Counted from the stretch's first letter, positions 30,905 through 40,188 are shown. The stretch is DNA of 64,000 nt from Verrucomicrobiia bacterium (GCA_963664225.1 OY760937.1:1536001-1600000); one strand, 5' to 3'. Program-made: numbers and translations. The notes: generated by a model from the letters alone, not told the origin.

Positions 30905-31097
30905 ATGAATACCTGGTCGTATCGCTGCTCTACTGCATCGGGTTCTGCGCTGGCGCCTAATGATTCCCAACACTCAAGGCTTCCCAAAACAATGCCATTA
31001 CCGGGTATCAAAGAATGTTTTGACCATTTTGCCATAGACGTGAAAGACCGCAGATTGTTTCTTGCCGCCCTCCGAAACAATACACTGGAAGTCGTTA
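30905..31097 (+). pseudogene. Truncated N-terminal fragment of a YncE-like beta-propeller protein
   Basis: TMPLPGIKECFDHFAIDVKDRRLFLAALRNNTLEVV resembles the first propeller blade; similarity ends where the convergent sir gene stops. Confidence 0.55.
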
Positions 31098-33437
31098 CTG
31101 TTTTTCAATGACCACCGACCAATGATCACCCTCTTTGACTTGTTCAATGATTTTGTGGCCCTCGCCTGCCACCGAGCGAGGCACGTTTTGGGCCGGCGCA
31201 CCGTCGTCCAACAGAATCTTCAAGCGCTGCCCCGGTGTGAGTTTTTCCAGGGCCAGCTTGGTTTTAACAAAGTTCATGGGGCAAGTGACCCCTCGAAAGT
31301 CCTTTAGGACAAAAGTCTCGGCATGCGTTTTCTCAGTCTCTGAGGCTTTCGCAGTCACTTTGGAGGCTTCCCCCGGAAACCGCAGGGCATTGTCCATCGT
31401 CCCATAAAGCGCTTCCATCGTTTGGGCCAGACTCAACACCTCCCGGTCCCGGGCCTGGATATCCGCCAGATTCTTCTTTGCCGCGCTTTCCACCAAAGGC
31501 AGATACTTAGCTTCAACCAGCCTGGTCTCGATGAAGTGTTGCCGGAATTGCCAGAACACGTCGGCATCCGACCGTGCTTCAACGCCTCGCGTTATCAACA
31601 GCATGCGAGACGCGGACAAGGTGATCTGGTAAAGTGTTTCTCCACGCTGATCGGGCTTCAGTCCGGCCAGATGTTCCTTCAGCTCTTTAAGGCGTTTCAA
31701 ATCGAATTCGATCAAGTCAAACAGCCCGGCCGAGCATTCACCCACGCCGCGAGCCGCCAGGGAGAACACCTCGGTGGCTGTCCAGTCGTAGTAATAATTC
31801 TTGTCCTCCTCGAAATCCGGAATCTCCCGGTGCTCCTCGGTCCAGGCTCGAATGAACGGCTTGCCCTTCCCTTCGAGATACTGGCCATAAGTCCCAACCT
31901 GGGACTTGTGCTTTAGGTAATCTCTCAGAAAATCGGTGACAAAGCATGGCAAATCCCGGGCACTGACCTCTCCCGCCGGTTCCGCCAATTGGGCAAAACC
32001 ATTCCCAAGTTTTGCTCCCACAACGATTCCGTACGCAGGAAACGGGGTCTGTCCTTTGCGAGCCACCCTGCCATAGAAACCCAGGTCGGCGGACATGTGG
32101 GCGCCGCAGGTGTTGGGGCAGCCCGAAAGATTCATCCTAAAATCAGACAATTGGTCCAAGTCAAGCTTGGACGTTTTGAGTTTCTTCACCACCGCGGCCA
32201 GAGCGCCGCGAGGCAGGCATATCCCCAGCTTGCATGTGGCCGCGCCGGTGCAAGCCACCGAGGAACCCACAAAACGCGGTTCGGAAGCCAGCGGTGCGAT
32301 ATCCTTGATCAGATTATAAGCATTGCCCAGAAACTCATCGGGAATATTGCGCAGGCAAAGGTTCTGGTCGAGCGTCGCCCGTAAAACATCAGTGCCGAAC
32401 GGAGCCAAAAAGTCGGCCAGCGCGAGGGCGCTCTTATTGGGAAGGTCCCCCAGGAAGATGGGGATAAAAACTGAATACAGGCCCGGCTGCTTTTGAGGCG
32501 TTACATACCGCTTGCGCCAAAGCTCAAATTCCGGTGAAGAAACCGAATCCGGCGTGAGCGTCGGCCGCATCACTGCGGAATACGGCTGCGGCAGCAACAA
32601 AGACGCCACCTTATCTTGACGCAACGACTCCACTTCCTTCTGATACAACTCTCGAAATTTCGCCTCGCCCAGGTTGTTCCACAGAAACCGCAATCGGGCC
32701 GCGTAACGATTCTTCCGATTGCCGTGCTGGTTAAACAAACGCTTGATCGCCTCCGCAATGAGACACACTTCCGTGTCGGGAACAAACTCATGAAGCCGGT
32801 GTCCAACCTGCGGTTTGGTGCCCATTCCACCGGCGATATAGACCTCGAACCCTTTTACGCCATCTTGAACTTTTGCAATGAAACCCAGGTCGTTGAAGGC
32901 TGCCCGGGCATTGTCAGCGGGAGAGTTGGAGAAGGCAATTTTGTATTTTCGCGGCAGTAGCCAGGAATCGGGTTCACTGACAAGCCGCGTGGTCAGGGCA
33001 AAGGCATGGGGCGAGACATCAAACACCTCATCGGCTGCCACCCCGGAATCGAACGAAGCCGTGATGTTGCGCACGGTATTGCCGCCGCCGCCCCGAGTGG
33101 ACAGCCCGACCTCCAGCAATTGCCGCATAATGAGAACCACGTCCTCAAGTTGGACGCTGTGAAGCTGAAGCTCCTGGCGCGTGGTGATATGAAGCGTATC
33201 GGCGGCGTGCTGCTCCGAAATTTGCGCCACGCGGCGCAGTTGTTCGGGAGTAATGGCACCCGCGGCACAACGGACACGCACCATGAATGTGTTGTCCATG
33301 CGCTGTTCGTAAACTCCGAACGGCACGCGGCGCACTTTAAACGCGGAAGCTTCCAATCGACCTTCCCGGAAGTCCCGAATCTTGGACTCAAGATCGTCAA
33401 TTTCGCCCTTGAGCGAGTCAGGGATGGTGTAAAACAT
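31095..33437 (-). CDS. sir: Siroheme sulfite reductase (Sir/NirA type) fused to a C-terminal TusA/SirA sulfur-carrier domain
   Basis: HITTRQELQLH, LPRKYKIAFS, CTGAATC and SGCPNTCG ligands; C-terminal DFRGVTCPMNFVKTK...NVPRSV. Confidence 0.88.
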   Translation of the reverse strand: MFYTIPDSLKGEIDDLESKIRDFREGRLEASAFKVRRVPFGVYEQRMDNTFMVRVRCAAGAITPEQLRRVAQISEQHAADTLHITTRQELQLHSVQLEDVVLIMRQLLEVGLSTRGGGGNTVRNITASFDSGVAADEVFDVSPHAFALTTRLVSEPDSWLLPRKYKIAFSNSPADNARAAFNDLGFIAKVQDGVKGFEVYIAGGMGTKPQVGHRLHEFVPDTEVCLIAEAIKRLFNQHGNRKNRYAARLRFLWNNLGEAKFRELYQKEVESLRQDKVASLLLPQPYSAVMRPTLTPDSVSSPEFELWRKRYVTPQKQPGLYSVFIPIFLGDLPNKSALALADFLAPFGTDVLRATLDQNLCLRNIPDEFLGNAYNLIKDIAPLASEPRFVGSSVACTGAATCKLGICLPRGALAAVVKKLKTSKLDLDQLSDFRMNLSGCPNTCGAHMSADLGFYGRVARKGQTPFPAYGIVVGAKLGNGFAQLAEPAGEVSARDLPCFVTDFLRDYLKHKSQVGTYGQYLEGKGKPFIRAWTEEHREIPDFEEDKNYYYDWTATEVFSLAARGVGECSAGLFDLIEFDLKRLKELKEHLAGLKPDQRGETLYQITLSASRMLLITRGVEARSDADVFWQFRQHFIETRLVEAKYLPLVESAAKKNLADIQARDREVLSLAQTMEALYGTMDNALRFPGEASKVTAKASETEKTHAETFVLKDFRGVTCPMNFVKTKLALEKLTPGQRLKILLDDGAPAQNVPRSVAGEGHKIIEQVKEGDHWSVVIEKQ

Positions 33438-33439
33438 AA

Positions 33440-33838
33440 TTAATCCTCAAGAATATGAAGTTCCTCCACAGTGACTTGTCCGTCACGAATTTGGAAGGAT
33501 TTGACGACCGGCTGCGGTTCGGCCAGAGAGACGATGACGTAGCTCAGGGCCGGGTCGTTGGCCAGACGAATGTCCTCTTGTGAGGGCCGGGCTGGAGAAG
33601 CCGGGTGGCTATGATAAACCGCGCTCAGGCGCAGCCCGCCCGCCCGCATCTGTCGAACTGCCGCAAACTGTTCGGCGGGCTCAAAACTGAAGTGCTCAGG
33701 CGAGGCATCGACGTTTTTCATTTTGAAAATGGCGCTGATAATCCCATCTTTTACAGCCAGGTAACCGCACGCCTCGATCGGGGCATCCGCCTGCGCATGT
33801 TGGATCACCTGATTTACAATGGAACGTTGAATTTTCAC
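33440..33838 (-). CDS. JAB/MPN+ (M67, Mec/HcyD-like) metallopeptidase
   Basis: PIEACGYL...YHSHPASPARPSQED JAMM motif. Confidence 0.9.
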   Translation of the reverse strand: MKIQRSIVNQVIQHAQADAPIEACGYLAVKDGIISAIFKMKNVDASPEHFSFEPAEQFAAVRQMRAGGLRLSAVYHSHPASPARPSQEDIRLANDPALSYVIVSLAEPQPVVKSFQIRDGQVTVEELHILED

Positions 33839-34662
33839 AGCGCGGTTTTTTTAAGATCGCATACCACCGACGACTCCTCGTCAAAAAGTTCGGTAATCAT
33901 CGGATGTTCGCCGCAAAGGGGACAGTCAGGATTCCGTTTGACCTTCACCTTCCTGAAATTCATTTCCAGCGCATCGAACGTCAGGAGCGAATCGGTGAGA
34001 AGATGGCCGACGCCGGTAATGTATTTCAGGGCTTCCGTGGCCTGGATTGTTCCCAGCATGCCGGCAATCGCCCCCAGCACCCCCGCTTGCGAGCAAGTCG
34101 GCACCACACCCTTGGGCGGCGGTTTGGAAAACAGGCACCTATAGCAGGCAGATTGGCGGGGCTGCACGGTCAGAGTCTGGCCATTGAACCGAAGAATCCC
34201 CCCATGTGAATAAGGAACGCCCGCCAGCACACAGGCGTCGTTAATCAAAAACTTGGCGGGAAAATTGTCCGTCCCGTCGATCACAAAATCGTAACCGGCA
34301 ATCAACGCCCCGATATTGTCAGCCATCACAAATTGGTGATAGGTGCGGACCATGATATCGGGATTGATGGCGCGCATTTTGGCGGCGGCGGACTCAACCT
34401 TCAATGTTCCCACATCGGGAGTGTGGTGAATGATCTGGCGTTGGAGGTTGGACAAATCGACATTGTCGGCATCCACAATGCCGAGCGTGCCCACTCCCGC
34501 TGCCGCGAGATACAATGCGGCGGGCGCCCCAAGCCCCCCTGCCCCAATGATAAGCACCTTTGATTGATACAGCCGCTCCTGGCCCTTGATGCCAATCTCC
34601 TTAAGGATGATGTGGCGGCTATACCGTTCAAGCCGCTCTTCGGTGAAGAATTCCATAAGCAT
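33835..34662 (-). CDS. MoeB/ThiF-family adenylyltransferase (HcyF-like)
   Basis: RYSRHI, GAGGLG, SNLQRQ, DGTDNF, CYRC and CPLC zinc sites. Confidence 0.92.
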   Translation of the reverse strand: MLMEFFTEERLERYSRHIILKEIGIKGQERLYQSKVLIIGAGGLGAPAALYLAAAGVGTLGIVDADNVDLSNLQRQIIHHTPDVGTLKVESAAAKMRAINPDIMVRTYHQFVMADNIGALIAGYDFVIDGTDNFPAKFLINDACVLAGVPYSHGGILRFNGQTLTVQPRQSACYRCLFSKPPPKGVVPTCSQAGVLGAIAGMLGTIQATEALKYITGVGHLLTDSLLTFDALEMNFRKVKVKRNPDCPLCGEHPMITELFDEESSVVCDLKKTAL

Positions 34663-35885
34663 TATAATGCGAAGGTCAGATCCTCCAGTATGTCGGCCGC
34701 ATCCTCAATGCCAACCGAGAGCCTCATCAGATCCTCGCCCACTTCCATCCCGGCCTTCTCGTCCAGCGAATACTCGCAGAAGATGGTCGATGCTGGGTGG
34801 AGAATGAGCGTTTTATTGTCGTGAATGTTGGTGGCCCGGCGCACGACCTTGCATTTATTCATCAACTCGAAGCAAGCCTGACGGTCCTCCAGACAGAAAC
34901 CCAGGAGGCTGCCGCTTCCGTTCGGAAACTGTGCGAGGGCGGTCCTGTGATAGGGTGAGCTTTCAAGTCCGGGATAAATCACCTGTTTGATCCTGGAATT
35001 CTTTAGCAGCGCTCTGGCGATTTGAAGCGCATTGTCACAGCTCTTCCGAAGACGCAATTCCAGGGTCTCAAGTCCCAGCGTCTGCAAATTGGCGTTATGG
35101 GGTGAAAGGCACGCCCCTAGGTTGCGATAGACCTCCCGGCGCAGATAAACGAGCAACGCCATCGGGCCGCATTTCTCCGCCCAGGGACGAATCTTCGGAC
35201 TATGGCTCCAATCAAAGATGCCATTATCGATAATCAATCCACCTATGGATGTGCCGCCGCCCGAAATGCTTTTTGTGCTGGATAGGACTTCGACGGCGAT
35301 CCCAAAGTCCCGCGATTTGAACAGATAAGGCGTGGTCATGGTCCCATCGATAATGACCGGAATATTCTTCGCCTGCGCGATCCGGGTCACCATGCGCATG
35401 TCGGCCACCTGGAGTTGGGGATTGGTGATGGTCTCCAGGAAAATCGCCCGGGTCTTGTCTTCAATCGCGGCTTCAAGTTCCTCTGGATTGGTCATGTCCA
35501 CGCAGGATACGTTCAGCCCCCAGGGTTTGAGCGTCTGCGCAAACAAGGAATGAGTGTTGCCAAATAGAAACCGGGAGGTCACCACGTTGGCGCCCGCTTC
35601 AGCAATGGCCAGAATCACATTTGCAATGGCGGACATCCCCGAGGTTGTTGCGATGACACCGCGAGCCTCAGCCAGTATCCGGACTCGATCCTCAAACTCA
35701 TCCACCGTTGGATTCGAGATGCGCGAATAGGAGTGCGCCAGGCGTCGGCCTTCGAATGCCTGCTGCATATCCAAAGCCGTCTTAAACTCAAAAGCCACGC
35801 TGTCGTAAACTGCGGGGCGTAATGTCCCGTGAGGGTCGTTCTTGCGGAGAGAACCGTGGATCGCCTTTGTTGCAAAACCTTTCAC
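34662..35885 (-). CDS. O-acetylhomoserine sulfhydrylase-like PLP enzyme (MetY family)
   Basis: YSRISNPT, ETITNP, SSTK PLP lysine, LHPAST, RLSVGIED. Confidence 0.85.
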   Translation of the reverse strand: MKGFATKAIHGSLRKNDPHGTLRPAVYDSVAFEFKTALDMQQAFEGRRLAHSYSRISNPTVDEFEDRVRILAEARGVIATTSGMSAIANVILAIAEAGANVVTSRFLFGNTHSLFAQTLKPWGLNVSCVDMTNPEELEAAIEDKTRAIFLETITNPQLQVADMRMVTRIAQAKNIPVIIDGTMTTPYLFKSRDFGIAVEVLSSTKSISGGGTSIGGLIIDNGIFDWSHSPKIRPWAEKCGPMALLVYLRREVYRNLGACLSPHNANLQTLGLETLELRLRKSCDNALQIARALLKNSRIKQVIYPGLESSPYHRTALAQFPNGSGSLLGFCLEDRQACFELMNKCKVVRRATNIHDNKTLILHPASTIFCEYSLDEKAGMEVGEDLMRLSVGIEDAADILEDLTFAL

Positions 35886-36097
35886 TGGCCGCAACCTCCT
35901 CCAAGGAAATAGAGAAATTCGATTTCGTCGTTTTCCTGAATTTGGGTTGCGTGATGGAGTTTGCCATCAACAAACTTTCCGTTGAGCTGGACGCTCACCG
36001 TCTCGGGCTGCTCCACTTTATTCAAGGTCAACAGTTCGGCCACCGTGAGGGCGGTGTTGTCAATTGTCTGGGATTCTCCGTTTACTTTGATCTTCAT
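35882..36097 (-). CDS. ThiS/HcyS-like ubiquitin-fold sulfur carrier with a masked C-terminus
   Basis: IKVNG...VSVQLNG...DEIEFLYFLGGG followed by CGQ. Confidence 0.88.
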   Translation of the reverse strand: MKIKVNGESQTIDNTALTVAELLTLNKVEQPETVSVQLNGKFVDGKLHHATQIQENDEIEFLYFLGGGCGQ

Positions 36098-36100
36098 AAA

Positions 36101-37510
36101 TCAGATGGCAAAATCGTTGTAATCGAGCTTGGCCGACTCCGAAGGCGGTAATAGAAGGCCCGCGGCTACAGTGGCGTTGGTGCCCTGTTCGATCAGGATG
36201 AATGAACCCGTCAGGCGATTGGTGGTATAGCCATCGAAGACCAGCGGATGGGAGGTTTGGAGACGGATTTCACCGATGTCGTTCAAAACCAGTTCAGAGG
36301 GTTCCGACTCCGGTTCGAGCGTTGAGATGTTAATGCGATTCTCAATCCTCGATATGATGGCTTGGACCGTTCGCGTGGTATGTTTCAGCAAGTACCTTTT
36401 GCCGCGCTGAAGCGGACGCTGATGCATCCAGCATATCCTTGCCTGCAAATCGGTGCTCGAGCCTGGAAGATGCTCCGGCCCGATAATCATGTCTCCACGG
36501 CTGATATCGATATCATGATCGAGCACGAGGGTGATGGACTGCGGGCAGAAGGCCTCAGGCAACGATCCGTCGCTGGTATGGATCTCCTTGACGGTGCTGA
36601 TCAATCCGCTGGGCAACACGATCACTTTCTGTCCCACGCGCACGATGCCGCCGGCGATCTGGCCGCTGAATCCGCGAAAATCGTGCAACCGGGGATCCGT
36701 GGGGCTGTTCGGACGGTTGACCCATTGGACGGGCAGGCGGAAACCATTGAGATTCCAGTCGCTGGCGATATGAACGGTTTCAAGATGTCCCAGCAGCGTC
36801 GGCCCTTGGAACCACGGCGTGTTGGGAGAAGCGCTGACGACGTTATCCCCGTTGAGCGCGCTGATGGGGATGAACTTTACATCCTTGATGTCCAGGCGAG
36901 GCAGAAATTTCTCGAATTCCTCGCAAATCTCGCGAAACCGCTCTTCGCTCCAATTGACCAGATCCATTTTGTTGATGGCGACCACGAGGTGCGGAATGCG
37001 CAGCAGCGAGGCGATATAGGTATGACGGCGGCTTTGCTCGATGACCCCGGCCCGCGCATCCACCAGCACAATCGCCAGGTTGGCATTGGAAGCCCCGGTC
37101 ACCATGTTGCGGGTGTATTGGACGTGTCCGGGCGTGTCCGCGATGATGAACTTGCGTTTTGGTGTGGCGAAATAGCGGTAAGCCACATCAATCGTGATGC
37201 CTTGCTCGCGTTCAGCGCGGAGGCCATCGGTGAGATTGGCCAGGTTGATTTGGCCGTCACCGGTGATATCGGCGGAACGCTCCAGAGCCTCGAGTTGGTC
37301 CTCCATCAAAGACTTCGAATCATACAGAAGCCGTCCGATGAGAGTCGATTTGCCATCATCCACTGAACCGCACGTGTTGAAGCGGAGGATTTCGACGGGA
37401 TGCTGCGGCGCTTGTGGCGCGTTGCCAATGTTACCATTGGGATTCAGGAACGGTTGGGGCGCAATCCGCCCCGCCATTTCGGGAGAGCGAGTTGCAACAA
37501 GTGTAGTCAT
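36101..37510 (-). CDS. cysN: Sulfate adenylyltransferase GTPase subunit CysN, no APS-kinase domain
   Basis: CGSVDDGKSTLIGRLL, EREQGITIDVAYRYF, DTPGH, NKMD; ends NDFAI. Confidence 0.95.
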   Translation of the reverse strand: MTTLVATRSPEMAGRIAPQPFLNPNGNIGNAPQAPQHPVEILRFNTCGSVDDGKSTLIGRLLYDSKSLMEDQLEALERSADITGDGQINLANLTDGLRAEREQGITIDVAYRYFATPKRKFIIADTPGHVQYTRNMVTGASNANLAIVLVDARAGVIEQSRRHTYIASLLRIPHLVVAINKMDLVNWSEERFREICEEFEKFLPRLDIKDVKFIPISALNGDNVVSASPNTPWFQGPTLLGHLETVHIASDWNLNGFRLPVQWVNRPNSPTDPRLHDFRGFSGQIAGGIVRVGQKVIVLPSGLISTVKEIHTSDGSLPEAFCPQSITLVLDHDIDISRGDMIIGPEHLPGSSTDLQARICWMHQRPLQRGKRYLLKHTTRTVQAIISRIENRINISTLEPESEPSELVLNDIGEIRLQTSHPLVFDGYTTNRLTGSFILIEQGTNATVAAGLLLPPSESAKLDYNDFAI

Positions 37511-37528
37511 GGTAATGATTGAAAATCG

Positions 37529-38431
37529 TTAAAAATAGCCCTGTTTTTTCCGGTCCTCCATGGCCGCTTCGGAGGCTTTATCATCGGCCCGGCTGCCCCG
37601 TTCGGTGACACGCGCCGCGGCAATTTCGGCGATGATGTCCTCCACCGAATCCGCCGGCGATTCCACCATTCCGGTGCTGATGATATCGCCAATGGTGCGC
37701 ACCCGGACGATGACGTCCTTGACCGCTTCATTGCGTTTGAGCGGCAGCAGGTTACTCACTGGCAGCCATTGGCCCAGTCGGCGGACACATTGCCGCCGGT
37801 GGCTGAAGTAGATAGTGGGGACTTCGAGTTGCTCGCGCCGTATATATTCCCACACATCCATCTCAGTCCAATTGCTTAGAGGAAAGACCCGCATGTGTTC
37901 TCCCGGATTAACCCGGGCATTATAGAGATTCCAGATTTCCGGGCGTTGGTTTTTGGGATCCCACTGGCCAAAACTGTCGCGAAAACTGAAAAATCGTTCC
38001 TTGGCCCGTGCTTTTTCCTCATCGCGCCGTGCCCCGCCAATGCAGCAGTCAAACCGAAATTCCTCAATGGCTGCGAGCAGAGTCGGTATTTGCAGCCGGT
38101 TGCGGCTGACCTCGCCTGGCGCCGGAACGGCAATGCCATTGGCGATGGCGTCTTCCACCTTTCGGATAATGAGCCGCGCGCCGAGTTGACTGGCCCGGCG
38201 GTCACGAAATTCGTTCAGCTCAGGAAAATGATGCCCGGTGTCCACGTTCAGCAGCGGCATCGGAATGTCGGAGGGCCGGAAGGCCTTTTCCGCCAGACGC
38301 AGCAGGCATATGGAGTCTTTTCCGCCTGAGAACATGATGCAGGGCCGCTCGAACTCGGCGGCAACTTCGCGCATGATGTGAATGGCCTCGGTTTCGAGGT
38401 GCTGGAGATGGTCCAGATGATAACTCCTCAT
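37529..38431 (-). CDS. cysD: Sulfate adenylyltransferase subunit CysD
   Basis: FSGGKDS, GGARRDEEKARAKER, WDPKNQRPE, RVFPLSNWTE, MEDRKKQGYF. Confidence 0.95.
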   Translation of the reverse strand: MRSYHLDHLQHLETEAIHIMREVAAEFERPCIMFSGGKDSICLLRLAEKAFRPSDIPMPLLNVDTGHHFPELNEFRDRRASQLGARLIIRKVEDAIANGIAVPAPGEVSRNRLQIPTLLAAIEEFRFDCCIGGARRDEEKARAKERFFSFRDSFGQWDPKNQRPEIWNLYNARVNPGEHMRVFPLSNWTEMDVWEYIRREQLEVPTIYFSHRRQCVRRLGQWLPVSNLLPLKRNEAVKDVIVRVRTIGDIISTGMVESPADSVEDIIAEIAAARVTERGSRADDKASEAAMEDRKKQGYF

Positions 38432-39111
38432 ATTGAAGACCCGGAATTCTCGACTTGTGAGGCGACCGCTTTTGCACCCCAGTTGGCATGCAAGCCGCAC
38501 TCGCGCTTCTCGTCGGCTTTGGCGGGATCAAAATAATCCCATTCGTTGGGCAATTGGTGCGTTTTCAAATACTCTTCCATATCGGCGTCCGTCAGATAAA
38601 AGACGGGGCTAACCTTGAGAGTGCCAAAGTTCGCGTCGTGACTAACGATATCCAGCCCCGCCCGGTTTGGATTCTGAACCTTGCGCAAAGCCGTAATCCA
38701 CACCGTGGGCGCCAACTCGCGCATACCGCGCTGGAACGGCTCCAATTTCATCAAGGCGCTGAACTCTTTCAGGGCGGCCTCATCCTCCGGTCCGGGAATC
38801 GGCCCGTGGATGGCATCCCTGTGAGCGGGTGTGATCCTGGGGAGGTAGGCTTTAATGTTCAGCTTGAGCAGCCGTTTAAGCTGCTCGGCATGCAAGTAGG
38901 TCGCCGGCCGATTATACCCATGATCCACCCAAAGCACGGGAATATCGGCTTGGACCTGCGTGGCAAGGTGCAGCACCGCGGCTTCGTAAGGGCGAAAGTT
39001 CGTGGAAACGACCGCATGGCCTCCGGCTTGGGCAATGGCCCACCGGGTAATCTCGAGCGGTGACTTGGAGCGCAACTCCGCGTTCCATTGATCGATCAGA
39101 TGTGGATTCAT
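38428..39111 (-). CDS. cysH: (P)APS reductase CysH lacking Fe-S cysteines
   Basis: PAPS-reductase fold with C-terminal RECGLH; no CC or CxxC cluster ligands. Confidence 0.8.
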   Translation of the reverse strand: MNPHLIDQWNAELRSKSPLEITRWAIAQAGGHAVVSTNFRPYEAAVLHLATQVQADIPVLWVDHGYNRPATYLHAEQLKRLLKLNIKAYLPRITPAHRDAIHGPIPGPEDEAALKEFSALMKLEPFQRGMRELAPTVWITALRKVQNPNRAGLDIVSHDANFGTLKVSPVFYLTDADMEEYLKTHQLPNEWDYFDPAKADEKRECGLHANWGAKAVASQVENSGSSI

Positions 39112-39182
39112 ATCGAATAATCCTCCGAATAAATAGGGCGTTCCCCAAACTCAATGACGACCAGGGCCCAAATCCTTGTCAT
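39108..39182 (-). CDS. Putative 24-aa leader peptide ending EDYSI, coupled to cysH
   Basis: MTRIWALVVIEFGERPIYSEDYSI; its stop overlaps the cysH start (ATGA); lies downstream of the predicted promoter. Confidence 0.4.
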   Translation of the reverse strand: MTRIWALVVIEFGERPIYSEDYSI

Positions 39183-39315
39183 CTCAGATACCCAAAAATC
39201 AAAAAACACAAATTCCGGACTCCCTGACCACAAACTGCGGACTGGTCCGTTCGTTTCGATCTGGCGCTCGCGAAAACCGTTTCTATTGGATTGCAGACGT
39301 TTCAAATCGCAGAAA

Positions 39316-39343
39316 ATCATACAGCTATACTACTGTATGTCAA
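39316..39343 (-). promoter_or_regulatory. Promoter of the cys operon with an internal inverted repeat
   Basis: Minus-strand TTGACA-N16-TATGAT; CATACAG-N8-CTGTATG at 39318-39339. Confidence 0.6.
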
Positions 39344-39456
39344 CTGAGTATCGGTACTTTATGTATGTTGTTGTTGTGTAATTTTATGCGCTTGTTTTTA
39401 TAAGTTATGCGCGTGTATCTTGATTATTCCAATCAAGTTTGTATATTCATGGTCAC

Positions 39457-39918
39457 ATGAAATTATCGCTTCGTGGGCAATACGCTTTGCGCGCCTTGAT
39501 CGCGCTGGGAGATAGCTATGAAAACGACGTGATTCCCATGCAGACCATTTCCGACCAGCAGGAAATCCCAAAACGGTTTCTTGAGCAGATTCTGAACGAC
39601 TTGCGGGCTGTGGGATTCGTGGAGAGTAAGCGCGGAATTGCCGGAGGTTATCGCCTGGCCCGACCAGCACACGAAATCACCCTCGCACAGGTCATCGAGC
39701 ATGTGGAAGGCCCCTTGGCGCCGATGGCCAACCTGAGCCAGAAGCCACCCAAACTGAATCCGCAAGCGGGAGGCGCTCAACTCGCAATCCGTGTCACGAT
39801 GAAAGATGTTCGCGATTTAGTTGTGAAGGTCCTCGATGCGGTGACGATTGCCGACCTGTGCGAGCGGGCGCGCCAATTGCGCGACCGCCTGAGTGAATCC
39901 CCCGACTACGCGATTTAA
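39457..39918 (+). CDS. Rrf2-family regulator, CymR-like (no Fe-S Cys triad)
   Basis: MKLSLRGQYALRAL, FLEQIL, SKRGIAGGYRLARP, EGPLAP; ends PDYAI. Confidence 0.88.
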   Translation: MKLSLRGQYALRALIALGDSYENDVIPMQTISDQQEIPKRFLEQILNDLRAVGFVESKRGIAGGYRLARPAHEITLAQVIEHVEGPLAPMANLSQKPPKLNPQAGGAQLAIRVTMKDVRDLVVKVLDAVTIADLCERARQLRDRLSESPDYAI

Positions 39919-40188
39919 CACCCAACGGACAGCCAATTCGAGCAGCATCGACATGCAAAAAAGGGATACAGGCATCAACCCACTCATTTTTGTGAAATCG
40001 ATACGATCACGCCAAAAACACTTTTAATTCAATCGAAGTCGTTTGGCCTGGTCTGCAATGTCCAATGGGGCGTCATTCGCCGCTGTCTCATCGGGCCTTT
40101 TTCCATAACGCCAGATTTCGCAAATCTTCCTCTCCTCGCCACTGGCTTCTGTTGGCTTTTGAACAGTTCTTCAGAAGATGCCAAGTGC

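Noticed and set aside
39183..39320. 70-aa version of the ORF upstream of cysH
   Set aside because: Its start codon lies inside the predicted -10 box; only the 24-aa form is retained.
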